Made by a program: the position numbers and the translations under genes. 64,000 nt of DNA from positions 8,052 to 72,051 of the forward strand of contig JAEUQT010000002.1 of the NCBI GenBank assembly GCA_016789445.1. The letters are read 5' to 3'. The notes beneath the pieces were generated by a model. The model saw only the letters and a program-made list of their open reading frames with translations. It searched no databases and was not told where the DNA came from. Origin of the DNA: a bacterium (lineage in GTDB: Bacteria > Patescibacteriota > Minisyncoccia > Phycocordibacterales > UBA2100). Shown here piece by piece: positions 49,016-57,364 of this stretch; positions within the stretch are counted from its first letter, which is position 1; every line of letters begins with the position of its first letter.

Positions 49016-49174
49016 AACCTTCTCTTCGGAGAAGCTGTTAGTCGATTCGTATGCCTCAATTGAGCATACGAGGGTCATGACACTACGACCCCTCAATGTG
49101 TCGGACAACGCGGGAAAGACCGCGGGTTAATGGACGGAACAAAAGAGTGTGTATTGTGTGACGTAAACAAAAAC

Positions 49175-49207
49175 AAAGGCCGCCTTCTCTGGCGGCTTTT
49201 TGTTTGT
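49175..49207. terminator. Bidirectional terminator (AAAGGCCGCC-ttctct-GGCGGCTTTTTGTTTG)
   Basis: It ends the 16S transcription unit and lies just downstream (in minus-strand sense) of the stop of the 49-aa minus-strand ORF. Confidence 0.55.
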
Positions 49208-49267
49208 CGGAATATGGATGCGGCGCGTCTTTCGACGCGCCGCGGAATGTACTGAGATCAAAGTCGA

Positions 49268-49417
49268 TCAGCGTGCGCCGGGTCGCTGGCAGGCCCTGTC
49301 GGTCTCGGCTCGTGCCTGGTCTTGCCATGCCTGCCGACGGCTGACTTTGCCGGACTTGAATCGGCCGGTTGCCTCCTTGCGATCTTCCTTCTTACGCGAA
49401 TCGTTGCCTTTAGCCAT
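49268..49417 (-). CDS. Hypothetical small basic protein (49 aa, MAKGNDSRKKEDRKEATGRFKSGKVSRRQAWQ...)
   Basis: GAGGAG lies 6 nt upstream of the ATG, a terminator is just downstream, and the sequence is lysine/arginine-rich like small ribosome-associated proteins. The longer tabulated ORF (to 49675) runs through the tRNA antisense and is rejected. Confidence 0.4.
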   Translation of the reverse strand: MAKGNDSRKKEDRKEATGRFKSGKVSRRQAWQDQARAETDRACQRPGAR

Positions 49418-49602
49418 TTCTAGCTCCTCTGAGACTTTGAAAGCGGCTTCGCACCTGCCGCGCTCAGAAAGGTAGCATGTCAGCCATATTTTTGCTACTA
49501 TCCTTTCCACGTTGGGGAACCAGCGATATGTGCGTTGAGCTCCGGCGGATGATGCTGATAGTTGGGCCGGGGAGGTGCGTGCTGATAGAGTGACACAATA
49601 AC

Positions 49603-49674
49603 GCGCGTTTAGCTCAGTGGTAGAGCATCCCTCTGATAAGGGGAAGGCCGTAGGTTCAATCCCTACAACGCGCA
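49603..49674 (+). tRNA. tRNA-Ile (anticodon GAU)
   Basis: Manual cloverleaf: acceptor GCGCGTT/AACGCGC, D-arm GCTCAGTGGTAGAGC, anticodon stem TCCCT/GGGGA with loop CTGATAA (anticodon GAT), variable AGGCC, T-arm GTAGGTTCAATCCCTAC, discriminator A. A TGcTACTAT extended -10 at ~49489-49498 may drive it. Confidence 0.85.
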
Positions 49675-49687
49675 CTAAAGACAGAAA

Positions 49688-49715
49688 AGACCTGCCCTGC
49701 GGCAGGTTTTTCTGC
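49688..49715 (+). terminator. Rho-independent terminator after tRNA-Ile (GACCTGCC-ctgc-GGCAGGTTTTTCTGCTTT)
   Basis: Perfect 7-8-bp stem plus a T-tract. Confidence 0.55.
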
Positions 49716-49777
49716 TTTAGTGCGAGCCGGAGGCATGTTTCGTGAGTACGCGAAACAGCCGAGGCGGGGTCGCGGAA

Positions 49778-49803
49778 TTTCTTGCACGACGGTGCAAGAA
49801 ATA
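49778..49803. promoter_or_regulatory. Perfect 11-bp inverted repeat ATTTCTTGCAC-gacg-GTGCAAGAAAT upstream of murA (operator-like)
   Basis: AT-rich perfect palindrome with a 4-nt spacer, about 75 nt upstream of the murA start, with no T-tract. This looks more like a dimeric regulator site than a terminator. Confidence 0.3.
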
Positions 49804-49875
49804 TCTGTGACCACTGAAGCCTTCCTCAAGCTGTCGACATACCACCAAGTCCGTGTAAAACTGACCCTCATTCAT

Positions 49876-51180
49876 ATGAACTACCGAGTCGTAGGCGGGA
49901 AGACGCTCTCCGGAGAGGTCACCACAAATATCTCAAAGAACGCCGCCGTGGTGTTGCTTGCCGCGTCTCTCCTCAATAAGGGGAAAACGACGCTCAAGAA
50001 GATGCCGAAGATCGAGGAGGTGAATCGTCTCATCGAGGTCTTGAAATCCATCGGTGTTTCCGTCGAGTGGGTGAATGGCGATGTAGTCATCACTCCTCCG
50101 GCAAAGCTTGATATCACGAAAGTAGATCGTGCGGCGGCGGAACGCACGCGCTCGATCGCGCTCTTCATCGCACCGCTCGCACACCTCGTTTCTTCGTTCG
50201 ATCTTCCTGCTCCGAAGGGGTGCGACTTGGGCAAGCGATCACTCGGGGCACACATCGATGCGCTCTCTCGTCTCGGAATTGCGATCGAAGGAAGCGAAGA
50301 CACGCATAGCTATCATGTCGAAGTCGGTGAGAGGCGTCCGCGCGAAATCATTATGTACGAAGCGTCGGATACCGGTGTCGAGAATGTGCTCATGGCCGCG
50401 GCGAAGATTCCTGGAGTTACGACGATCAAATTCGCGAGCGCGAATTATATGGTGCAGGATCTCTGCTTCTTCTTGGAACGATGCGGCGTAAAGATTGAGG
50501 GTATCGGAACTTCCACACTCGTTGTGCATGGTGTCGAAGATATTAATGCGGACATTGAAGCGTATCCAAGCGAGGATCCCATCGAGAGCATGTTCTTCAT
50601 CGCTCTTGCGGCGACGACACATTCGGAAATCACCGTGAAGCGCTGCCCGATCGATTTCCTCGAGCTCGAACTCGCAACCCTCTGGAGTATGGGACTTCGT
50701 CACACTCGCTCAGAGGAATATCTTGCCGACAACGGCAAGACGCGACTCATCGATATCACCGTCAAGAAAGCAGATGCTTTGAATGCGCCGCCAGAGAAGA
50801 TCGCGCCGCGTCCGTACCCGGGCATCAACATAGATAATCTTCCGTTCTTCGTGCCGGTGGCGACACAAGCGAAGGGGACGACACTCATTCATGATTGGGT
50901 GTACGAAGGCCGTGCGCAGTACTATCTCTTGATGAGTAAACTCAATGCCAACGTCTCGCAGCTTGATCCGCATCGCGTCGAGGTGACCGGCCCGTCGAAA
51001 TTGCATCCGGTGCATATGGAGGCACCGCCGGCGCTTCGTCCCTCGACGATGCTGCTCATCGGTATGCTTGCCGCAGAAGGTGAATCAGTTTTGGAGAACG
51101 TGTATCCGATCAATCGTGGATATGAACGATTGCACGAACGCCTGAAGGCGATCGGTGCGGAGATCGAGGCTATCGAATAG
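49876..51180 (+). CDS. murA: UDP-N-acetylglucosamine 1-carboxyvinyltransferase (MurA/EPT family)
   Basis: EPT-fold repeats with an N-terminal G.K..S..V..NISKNAAVVLLAASLL pattern. Start placed at MNYRVVGGK (ATG 49876). The tabulated ORF start at 49720 adds 52 unlikely residues and overlaps the palindrome. Confidence 0.75.
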   Translation: MNYRVVGGKTLSGEVTTNISKNAAVVLLAASLLNKGKTTLKKMPKIEEVNRLIEVLKSIGVSVEWVNGDVVITPPAKLDITKVDRAAAERTRSIALFIAPLAHLVSSFDLPAPKGCDLGKRSLGAHIDALSRLGIAIEGSEDTHSYHVEVGERRPREIIMYEASDTGVENVLMAAAKIPGVTTIKFASANYMVQDLCFFLERCGVKIEGIGTSTLVVHGVEDINADIEAYPSEDPIESMFFIALAATTHSEITVKRCPIDFLELELATLWSMGLRHTRSEEYLADNGKTRLIDITVKKADALNAPPEKIAPRPYPGINIDNLPFFVPVATQAKGTTLIHDWVYEGRAQYYLLMSKLNANVSQLDPHRVEVTGPSKLHPVHMEAPPALRPSTMLLIGMLAAEGESVLENVYPINRGYERLHERLKAIGAEIEAIE

Positions 51181-51307
51181 ATTGGCCAAACGAGGCTTAC
51201 TGCGTACAATGCCTCCGAAGGGCACGTGGTGGAATTGGTATACACGTACGTTTCAGAAGCGTATTCCGCAAGGATTGGGAGTTCAAGTCTCCCCGTGCCC
51301 ACTGAAT

Positions 51308-52675
51308 TTAGAAGGGATAGGTGCGTCCGTTCCCTGAATTGTAGAGAGACTCAATTTGTTCGTTGGTGAGAACGGTGTCCCAAATGCCGCATTCATCAAT
51401 AATGCCGTCGAAGAAATTAAAGTTCAATTTCTGGTATCGTCCTATGCTGATACTTGTCTCTCCAGCCGTCAAAGTTTCGTCTGCAGTGTTCGTGCCGTCA
51501 CTTACCCCGTTCAAAAACAGCTCCTTGCCTGACTGATTCCAGGTGAAAGTCGCCATGTACCACGTATCTGTGGCAAGGGGGGTGTTTCCAAGTACTGCGT
51601 TGTTTCCTGCCCCCATGTAGCCGAACAGAACATCACCATTATGTACCGCTACTCCAAAATCCAGTCCACCCGTTGTGACATTAGTAGCGCTACTAAAGAT
51701 AGATGGATTTCCGGGAGAAGGGTCGAGGGTTTCGGCTTTTATCCAACAACTCAACGTTCCTGTCGTCGTGTCAAAGTAACCCTCATTTGCGCGGGAAAAG
51801 TACTGGGATGATGAATATTCTAAGTCCGCACCGTTATTAATTCGTCCGGAAGCATACAAAATCGAATTCATGTTAGTAAGTGTCTTTCCATTCCCCGTAG
51901 CATCTGCCGCATCGCCACTTGACTCATCAAACTTCCAATACGCAATCGGTTCCGGAATTGAGACGGATGGTCTCGGATTGAGTGCAATGAGTTGCGATAC
52001 CCAGTTTTGTTTGATGGATTTGCTGAATGTAGATGATTTAGATCCTGACGCCCCGGCTGACGATTGTGCACTGACGTCCAACGCTGTTGAGGGGCCCAAT
52101 GGAGCATAAGAGATATCGTACTTTTCTGACATGCCGTTCGGAGCGCTGAATCTGCCTCCGGAGAACAATCCTGCATCAATAGAGAAGAGTGCGACAAGTT
52201 GGGAATCCTCGGTGGTCGTTGTGATGGACGGGGCGGTGGCCGTAGTGCCGCGTCCGCTCGATTCAGACACTGGTCCGATAGGATCACCCGCGTCGACGCC
52301 GCTGAATCGAGTGATGCCTCCTGCTGCGCGGGTGGTAGGGGAGATTCTCCAGATGTAGGCATCTGGCTCGGATCCCGTTGCGAGCTTCCAATATGATGCA
52401 ATTGAGATCTCATTTCCTTTGTTCGTGTGCTCGATTACATTCCAGCCATCAGGAATAGTGATTTGAGGACCAGTGCCTCCAAGGAAGGTTATGTTTGCAA
52501 TGAGTATGTCGCCAGCACCTACATCAGCGGGTGTGTCGACACTTACCTCTGAATACGCAACGTTTGTCGAAAATGCGGTCGATGACGACCCGGCTGTGAT
52601 GCCAGCGAGTGCGACGGTGGCGAGTACTAAAGAGACTAAAATACCTGCAGGAACACCAAAACGGGCTCGTTGCAT
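51308..52675 (-). CDS. Secreted protein with a C-terminal LamG-like (concanavalin A-like lectin) jelly-roll domain
   Basis: Start at MQRARFGVPAGILVSLVLATVALAG (signal peptide, ATG 52675). The C-terminal ~200 aa carry the LamG_3-type pattern (YWKFDE..GD.A.D.SGNG..GTL ... LFLNGV). The 3-prime part of the gene is AT-richer than the 5-prime part. Confidence 0.6.
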   Translation of the reverse strand: MQRARFGVPAGILVSLVLATVALAGITAGSSSTAFSTNVAYSEVSVDTPADVGAGDILIANITFLGGTGPQITIPDGWNVIEHTNKGNEISIASYWKLATGSEPDAYIWRISPTTRAAGGITRFSGVDAGDPIGPVSESSGRGTTATAPSITTTTEDSQLVALFSIDAGLFSGGRFSAPNGMSEKYDISYAPLGPSTALDVSAQSSAGASGSKSSTFSKSIKQNWVSQLIALNPRPSVSIPEPIAYWKFDESSGDAADATGNGKTLTNMNSILYASGRINNGADLEYSSSQYFSRANEGYFDTTTGTLSCWIKAETLDPSPGNPSIFSSATNVTTGGLDFGVAVHNGDVLFGYMGAGNNAVLGNTPLATDTWYMATFTWNQSGKELFLNGVSDGTNTADETLTAGETSISIGRYQKLNFNFFDGIIDECGIWDTVLTNEQIESLYNSGNGRTYPF

Positions 52676-52784
52676 AATTAGGTAGATGAAGAAGTAATTG
52701 CCGCAATCGTAGCATGGGCCGATAACCAGCATGTGGGTTGTGCACTGCGTTGTGCTCTCTAGGAGGCTCGGCTAGAATCGACCA

Positions 52785-53855
52785 ATGAACGCGCCCATTC
52801 CCGGACCCTCGTTTTTCATCGGGAAGGGCGACGAATCCCTTATTTCCTTCGGTTCCGGACAGCCGGATCTTCCGCCGCCGGAGGAGGCGTTCCGCATCCT
52901 GCAGCAGTATCGCGGCTTCAAATATGGTCCGGTACAGGGATCCGTCGCCCTGCGCAGCGAGCTCGCGAAGCTGTATCCGGACGCTGAGCCGCATCAGTTC
53001 GTCATAACCAATGGGGCGTCCGAGGCGATTGATCTCGTCTTGCGCGCGATCTACGAACCGGGTGGCAAGATCCTTTTGCCGCGGCCGTACTACTACTCGT
53101 ATCCGCACAACGTGACCTTGGCGCACATGGAGCCGGTCTACTATGACCTTGATGAAAACGGGAAGATCAATCTCGGTACCTTCATGGAGGCAGCGAAGGG
53201 TGTCGTTGCGGTGATGATAAACTCGCCATCGAATCCGACCGGTACCGTACAGGAGGTTGAGACCCTGAAGGCGATCGAGCAGTTTTGCGCGCGAGAAGAT
53301 ATCTACATCATCTCCGATGAGGTCTACAAGGATCTCATCTATGTGCGCGAGAATTATCTCCTGCATGGTCCGCATGTGGTGACCGTCAATTCGTTTTCTA
53401 AGACGTACGCTATGTGTGGTCTCCGTGTCGGATACGTATATTCGCAGGATCAGGAGCTCATCGAGAAGATCATCGAGATGAAGACACACACGGCGATGAA
53501 CACGAGCATTCCGGCGCAGGAGATGGCGATCGCGGCGCTCGCTTCACCGCGCTCGTATGTGACGGATTACGTCGAAGTATGGAAAGCGCGCCGCGACCTC
53601 ATGTACCAGGGAATGAAGGCGCTCGGCCTCGAATTGTGGGAGCCGGAGGGGGCGTTCTACGTGCTCCCTAAGTTCAAGCACTCGGGGAGGGTCGTGAGTG
53701 ATTTATACTATACGTACCGCATGATCACGTATGACGGCGCCTGGTTCGGTGCCTCGGATCGCGTGCGGTTCAGCTACGCCCTGGATGTCTCGAAGATCGA
53801 AGAGGGTCTGAAGCGACTGAAGCAATTTCTTGAAAACGAGTACAAAAACTATTAA
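52785..53855 (+). CDS. Pyridoxal-phosphate-dependent aminotransferase, class I/II fold
   Basis: NSPSNPTG, SDEVY, and SFSKTYAMCGLRVGY (PLP-lysine region). Confidence 0.8.
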   Translation: MNAPIPGPSFFIGKGDESLISFGSGQPDLPPPEEAFRILQQYRGFKYGPVQGSVALRSELAKLYPDAEPHQFVITNGASEAIDLVLRAIYEPGGKILLPRPYYYSYPHNVTLAHMEPVYYDLDENGKINLGTFMEAAKGVVAVMINSPSNPTGTVQEVETLKAIEQFCAREDIYIISDEVYKDLIYVRENYLLHGPHVVTVNSFSKTYAMCGLRVGYVYSQDQELIEKIIEMKTHTAMNTSIPAQEMAIAALASPRSYVTDYVEVWKARRDLMYQGMKALGLELWEPEGAFYVLPKFKHSGRVVSDLYYTYRMITYDGAWFGASDRVRFSYALDVSKIEEGLKRLKQFLENEYKNY

Positions 53856-53857
53856 GT

Positions 53858-53886
53858 ATGATCGGGCTTTTCGATTCAGGATCAGT
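53858..53886 (+). pseudogene. Diverged duplicate of the murI 5-prime end (encodes MIGLFDSGS...)
   Basis: The first nine codons encode exactly the same residues as the real murI start at 54020 (MIGLFDSGS), but six of the nine codons differ synonymously. The frame then diverges and stops after ~45 codons. It lies 2 nt after the aminotransferase stop. Confidence 0.4.
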
Positions 53887-54019
53887 CGCGCACAACCCCG
53901 ACCCCCGCTTAAGAAACCAAAGGTTTCTTACGTCGCTCCGCTCCTATCTTCCTGACACGGGGTCGTGCGTCGCCAGATCGCCGCTCGCCCGATGAATATG
54001 ACCTATAATTTCACATAAT

Positions 54020-54817
54020 ATGATTGGTCTCTTTGATTCTGGATCTGGCGGGCTCTCGGTTCTCCGGGCGATCCGTCAGCGCAATCCGAATGCAGATGTC
54101 GTCTACTTCGGCGATATCAAGCACGCACCGTACGGGACGCGCGAAGCACATGAGCTCGTACATCTTGCTACCAATGGCCTCCGCACGCTCCGCATGTTTG
54201 GGGCGCAAGAGATCGTGAGTGCCTGCAACACGGTCTCCCCGCACGTGCTGAGTCATGGTGCGGAAGGTGCCGATGTTATCGAGATGACCCGTCCAGCGGC
54301 ACGCGGCATGCGTCAGCACGCTGGGGGAAAAGTGCTTCTTCTCGCGACACCTGCAACCGTTTCTGCACGTATTTACGAAAGTGCGTTCGGCGGGATGGTC
54401 ATCCTCCATCAGCATGCGATACATGATCTCGCGGGAGCTATCGAATTCGGTGCGCATGACGACAAGATCCGCGATATCGTACGTAGCGAATTCCAGAAGC
54501 GCTGGGGGGAGAATTTCGATCACGTCTTTCTCGGCTGCACGCACTATCCTTTTGCACGACACATCATCGAAGAGGAGGCGCAGGCGGCATTCGGTACCAT
54601 TTCGATCATCGACCCGGCAGAATCAGTTGCGGAAGAAGCCGACCGACGCTTCGAGACACGAGGCTCGGGATCCATTTTCTTCCGTGCCTCGCAGGATTCG
54701 GAGCATTTTCGTCGCCGCATTCAGGAGTTGTTCCCGGAGTACGAACATACTATAAAGATAATTCCTCCTTTCAGCTCCGTATGGCTCACCAGCAATTTTT
54801 CAATGGGAAACGCGTAA
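54020..54817 (+). CDS. murI: Glutamate racemase
   Basis: MIGLFDSGSGGLSV, CNT (active-site Cys) and GCTHYP motifs. A perfect TATAAT sits at 54005-54010, 9 nt upstream of the ATG. Confidence 0.85.
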   Translation: MIGLFDSGSGGLSVLRAIRQRNPNADVVYFGDIKHAPYGTREAHELVHLATNGLRTLRMFGAQEIVSACNTVSPHVLSHGAEGADVIEMTRPAARGMRQHAGGKVLLLATPATVSARIYESAFGGMVILHQHAIHDLAGAIEFGAHDDKIRDIVRSEFQKRWGENFDHVFLGCTHYPFARHIIEEEAQAAFGTISIIDPAESVAEEADRRFETRGSGSIFFRASQDSEHFRRRIQELFPEYEHTIKIIPPFSSVWLTSNFSMGNA

Positions 54818-56094
54818 CCGTCCTCGGTCTCGGTCTGCTTGGTCGGGGTATTGGGGATGCTGCGTTCATCGCATCGCAGGGCGGCATTGTAACGGTTACT
54901 GACCGGAAATCCGGTGCCGAGCTTCAGGAATCCATTCAACGACTTGCGGAATACGACATCACGTTCCATCTCGGCGGACATATTGAGAGCGACTTCACCG
55001 ATACCGATATGGTAATCAAGGCGGCGGGCGTGCGCCTCGATTCGCCGGAAATCGCGGCCGCGCGCGCGGCGGGTGTTCCGGTCTATATGTCGACCGCGCT
55101 TGCGGCGAAATTTGCCGCTGAGTCCGGAGTAACCGTCGTTGGTGTGACCGGCACGCGCGGCAAATCGACCGTGACCCACATGATTCATCACGCGCTGGTG
55201 GCAGCAGGAAAGCGAGCGCACCTCGGCGGCAATATCCGCGGTGTCTCGACCTTGGCACTGCTGCCGGAGATGCAGAAGGGCGACTTCTTGGTTCTGGAAC
55301 TTGATTCGTGGCAGCTGCAGGGATTCGGGGATCTCGAGATGAGCCCGAATGTAGCGGTGTTCACGAATCTGCAGACCGACCACCAGAATTACTATCCTGA
55401 TATGGATACGTATTTCAGTGATAAGGCGAATATCTTCCGTTTCCAGAAGAAAGGGGATTCGCTCATTGCGACGCCCGAGCTTGCGGAAAAGATCACGGCG
55501 ATCGCGGCGGGGGAAGAGGCATACCGCACGCATGTCGAATCTCCCGCACCTGCAGAATGGAAACTCAACATGCCGGGCGAGCACAATCGCGTGAACGCGG
55601 CACTTGCGGCCGCGGCACTTGAGGTGCTTGGTCTGAGCGCCGAAGAGGTCCGTACTGGTCTTGAATCATTCGCTGGCGTGGAAGGCAGGCTCCAGTTCGT
55701 CCGCGAATTCGCCGGCGTGAAAATCTATAACGACAACAATGCCACCACGCCACAAGCCACTATTGCGGCTCTTCAGGCGCTTGATGCAGGAAAGAAAAAC
55801 ATCATCCTCATCATGGGCGGGGCAGATAAGGGACTTTCTTTCGACGATCTTCTTGGGCAGGCTGAGAAAAGTTGCAAGGAAGTAGTATTGCTCACCGGAA
55901 GCGGCAGCGACCGTGTGTTCGATAAGAAAGCGATGTATCGCTATGACGATCTCGATATGGCAGTTCAGGCGGCCCTCGGGCGCTCGCAAGAAGGTGACGT
56001 TCTCCTCTTCAGCCCGGCGTTCGCATCATTCGGTATGTTCAAGAACGAATACGATCGTAACGATCGATTCCTTAAGATCATCAACGCACTATGA
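54781..56094 (+). CDS. murD: UDP-N-acetylmuramoyl-L-alanine--D-glutamate ligase
   Basis: N-terminal Rossmann G.K..V.GLGL.GR, GVTGTRGKST P-loop, and a Mur-ligase central and C-terminal domain. Overlaps the murI 3-prime end by 37 nt. Confidence 0.75.
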   Translation: MAHQQFFNGKRVTVLGLGLLGRGIGDAAFIASQGGIVTVTDRKSGAELQESIQRLAEYDITFHLGGHIESDFTDTDMVIKAAGVRLDSPEIAAARAAGVPVYMSTALAAKFAAESGVTVVGVTGTRGKSTVTHMIHHALVAAGKRAHLGGNIRGVSTLALLPEMQKGDFLVLELDSWQLQGFGDLEMSPNVAVFTNLQTDHQNYYPDMDTYFSDKANIFRFQKKGDSLIATPELAEKITAIAAGEEAYRTHVESPAPAEWKLNMPGEHNRVNAALAAAALEVLGLSAEEVRTGLESFAGVEGRLQFVREFAGVKIYNDNNATTPQATIAALQALDAGKKNIILIMGGADKGLSFDDLLGQAEKSCKEVVLLTGSGSDRVFDKKAMYRYDDLDMAVQAALGRSQEGDVLLFSPAFASFGMFKNEYDRNDRFLKIINAL

Positions 56095-57362
56095 GCCCTA
56101 TCCCGCAGCGTATCTATATGGTCGGTATCGGGGGTATCGGGATGTCGGGTCTCGCACAGCTCTTGGTCGCACGTGGACTCGCGGTTTCCGGCTCCGACCG
56201 GGAAGAATCCCCGACTACGATGCTTCTTCAGAAAAAGGGAATCCGGGTCTTCATCGGTCACGATCCATTGTTTGTTCCCACCGATACCGAGCTCCTCATC
56301 TACAGCGATGCAGTGCCCGCAGAGAGCCCGGAACGCATGAAGGCGCATGAGCTTGGCATAAAGCAGATCTCTTACTTCGAGATGTTGGGGGAAATCAGCA
56401 AGGGTTCTCGGACGATCGCGGTCGCAGGAACGCATGGAAAGACGACGGTGACCGGCATGCTTGCGGCGATCCTTAAGGCTGCGGGCAAAGAGCCGACCGC
56501 GATCGTGGGATCCATCGTCCGTGATTTCGATTCGAACTTCCTTCCGGGCCGGAACGATCTTTTCGTCGTCGAGGCATGCGAATACCGCGATCATCTTCTC
56601 GAGCTCTCCCCGGAGATTCTCGTCATCACGAATATCGAACTCGATCACACTGATTTCTTCCCGTCGCTCGTTGCACTCCAATCGACCTTCTCGCAAGCAG
56701 TGCGGCGTGTCCCCGAGAAGGGGGTGATCATCACCAATACGCACGATCCAAACGTTGCATCGGTCTTGGAGAAGGTGCAGGCGGAGATATTCGATTACAC
56801 CATAGAGGAAGTACCAAAGCTCGACCTTATCGGGGAATTCAATGCGGCGAATGCGCGGGCTGCGAAGTGCGCTGCGAAGGCGGCGTTTCCTGATATCTCA
56901 GACGAGGTGATCGACATCGCACTCAAGGAATTCAAGGGCGCGTGGCGCCGGTTTGAATACAAAGGGGAGACAAAGAACGGCGCGATCGTCTATGACGACT
57001 ACGCACATCATCCGACTGCAGTCGAGAAAACCATCCAAGCAGCGCGCGAGAAATTCCCGGGTAAGCGCATCGTGGTCGCGTTCCATCCGCATCTCCATAG
57101 CCGCACTGAAACCTTCCTGCATGAATTCGCGCAGGCACTCGATAGTGCTGATCGCGCGATCGTGGCCCCGATCTATGAAGCCCGTCACGAGCAGACGCAT
57201 ACGATCTCGAATCACTCAGTCGCTGAAGTCGGTCAGCATGTAGAAGCGATGGATAGTTTCGATGAGATTCGTGAAGCTCTTGCGGCAGAGTCGGCAGGAA
57301 CACTCATTATCACGATGGGTGCGGGAGATATTTATAAAGTCGCTGAGCAGCTCGTCCACTAA
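56091..57362 (+). CDS. murC: UDP-N-acetylmuramate--L-alanine ligase
   Basis: IYMVGIGGIGMSGLAQLL, GTHGKTT, and Mur-ligase domains. 4-nt overlap with murD. Confidence 0.85.
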   Translation: MSPIPQRIYMVGIGGIGMSGLAQLLVARGLAVSGSDREESPTTMLLQKKGIRVFIGHDPLFVPTDTELLIYSDAVPAESPERMKAHELGIKQISYFEMLGEISKGSRTIAVAGTHGKTTVTGMLAAILKAAGKEPTAIVGSIVRDFDSNFLPGRNDLFVVEACEYRDHLLELSPEILVITNIELDHTDFFPSLVALQSTFSQAVRRVPEKGVIITNTHDPNVASVLEKVQAEIFDYTIEEVPKLDLIGEFNAANARAAKCAAKAAFPDISDEVIDIALKEFKGAWRRFEYKGETKNGAIVYDDYAHHPTAVEKTIQAAREKFPGKRIVVAFHPHLHSRTETFLHEFAQALDSADRAIVAPIYEARHEQTHTISNHSVAEVGQHVEAMDSFDEIREALAAESAGTLIITMGAGDIYKVAEQLVH

Positions 57363-57364
57363 CT

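Noticed and set aside
49268-49675. 135-aa minus-strand ORF extending through the tRNA-Ile locus
   Set aside because: Its N-terminal part (MRVVGIEPTAFPL...) is the reverse translation of the tRNA-Ile T-arm. Only the C-terminal 49 aa, which have their own SD and ATG, are kept as a candidate gene.
52524-53489. 321-aa minus-strand ORF antisense to the aminotransferase
   Set aside because: Shadow ORF with an His/Arg-rich translation.
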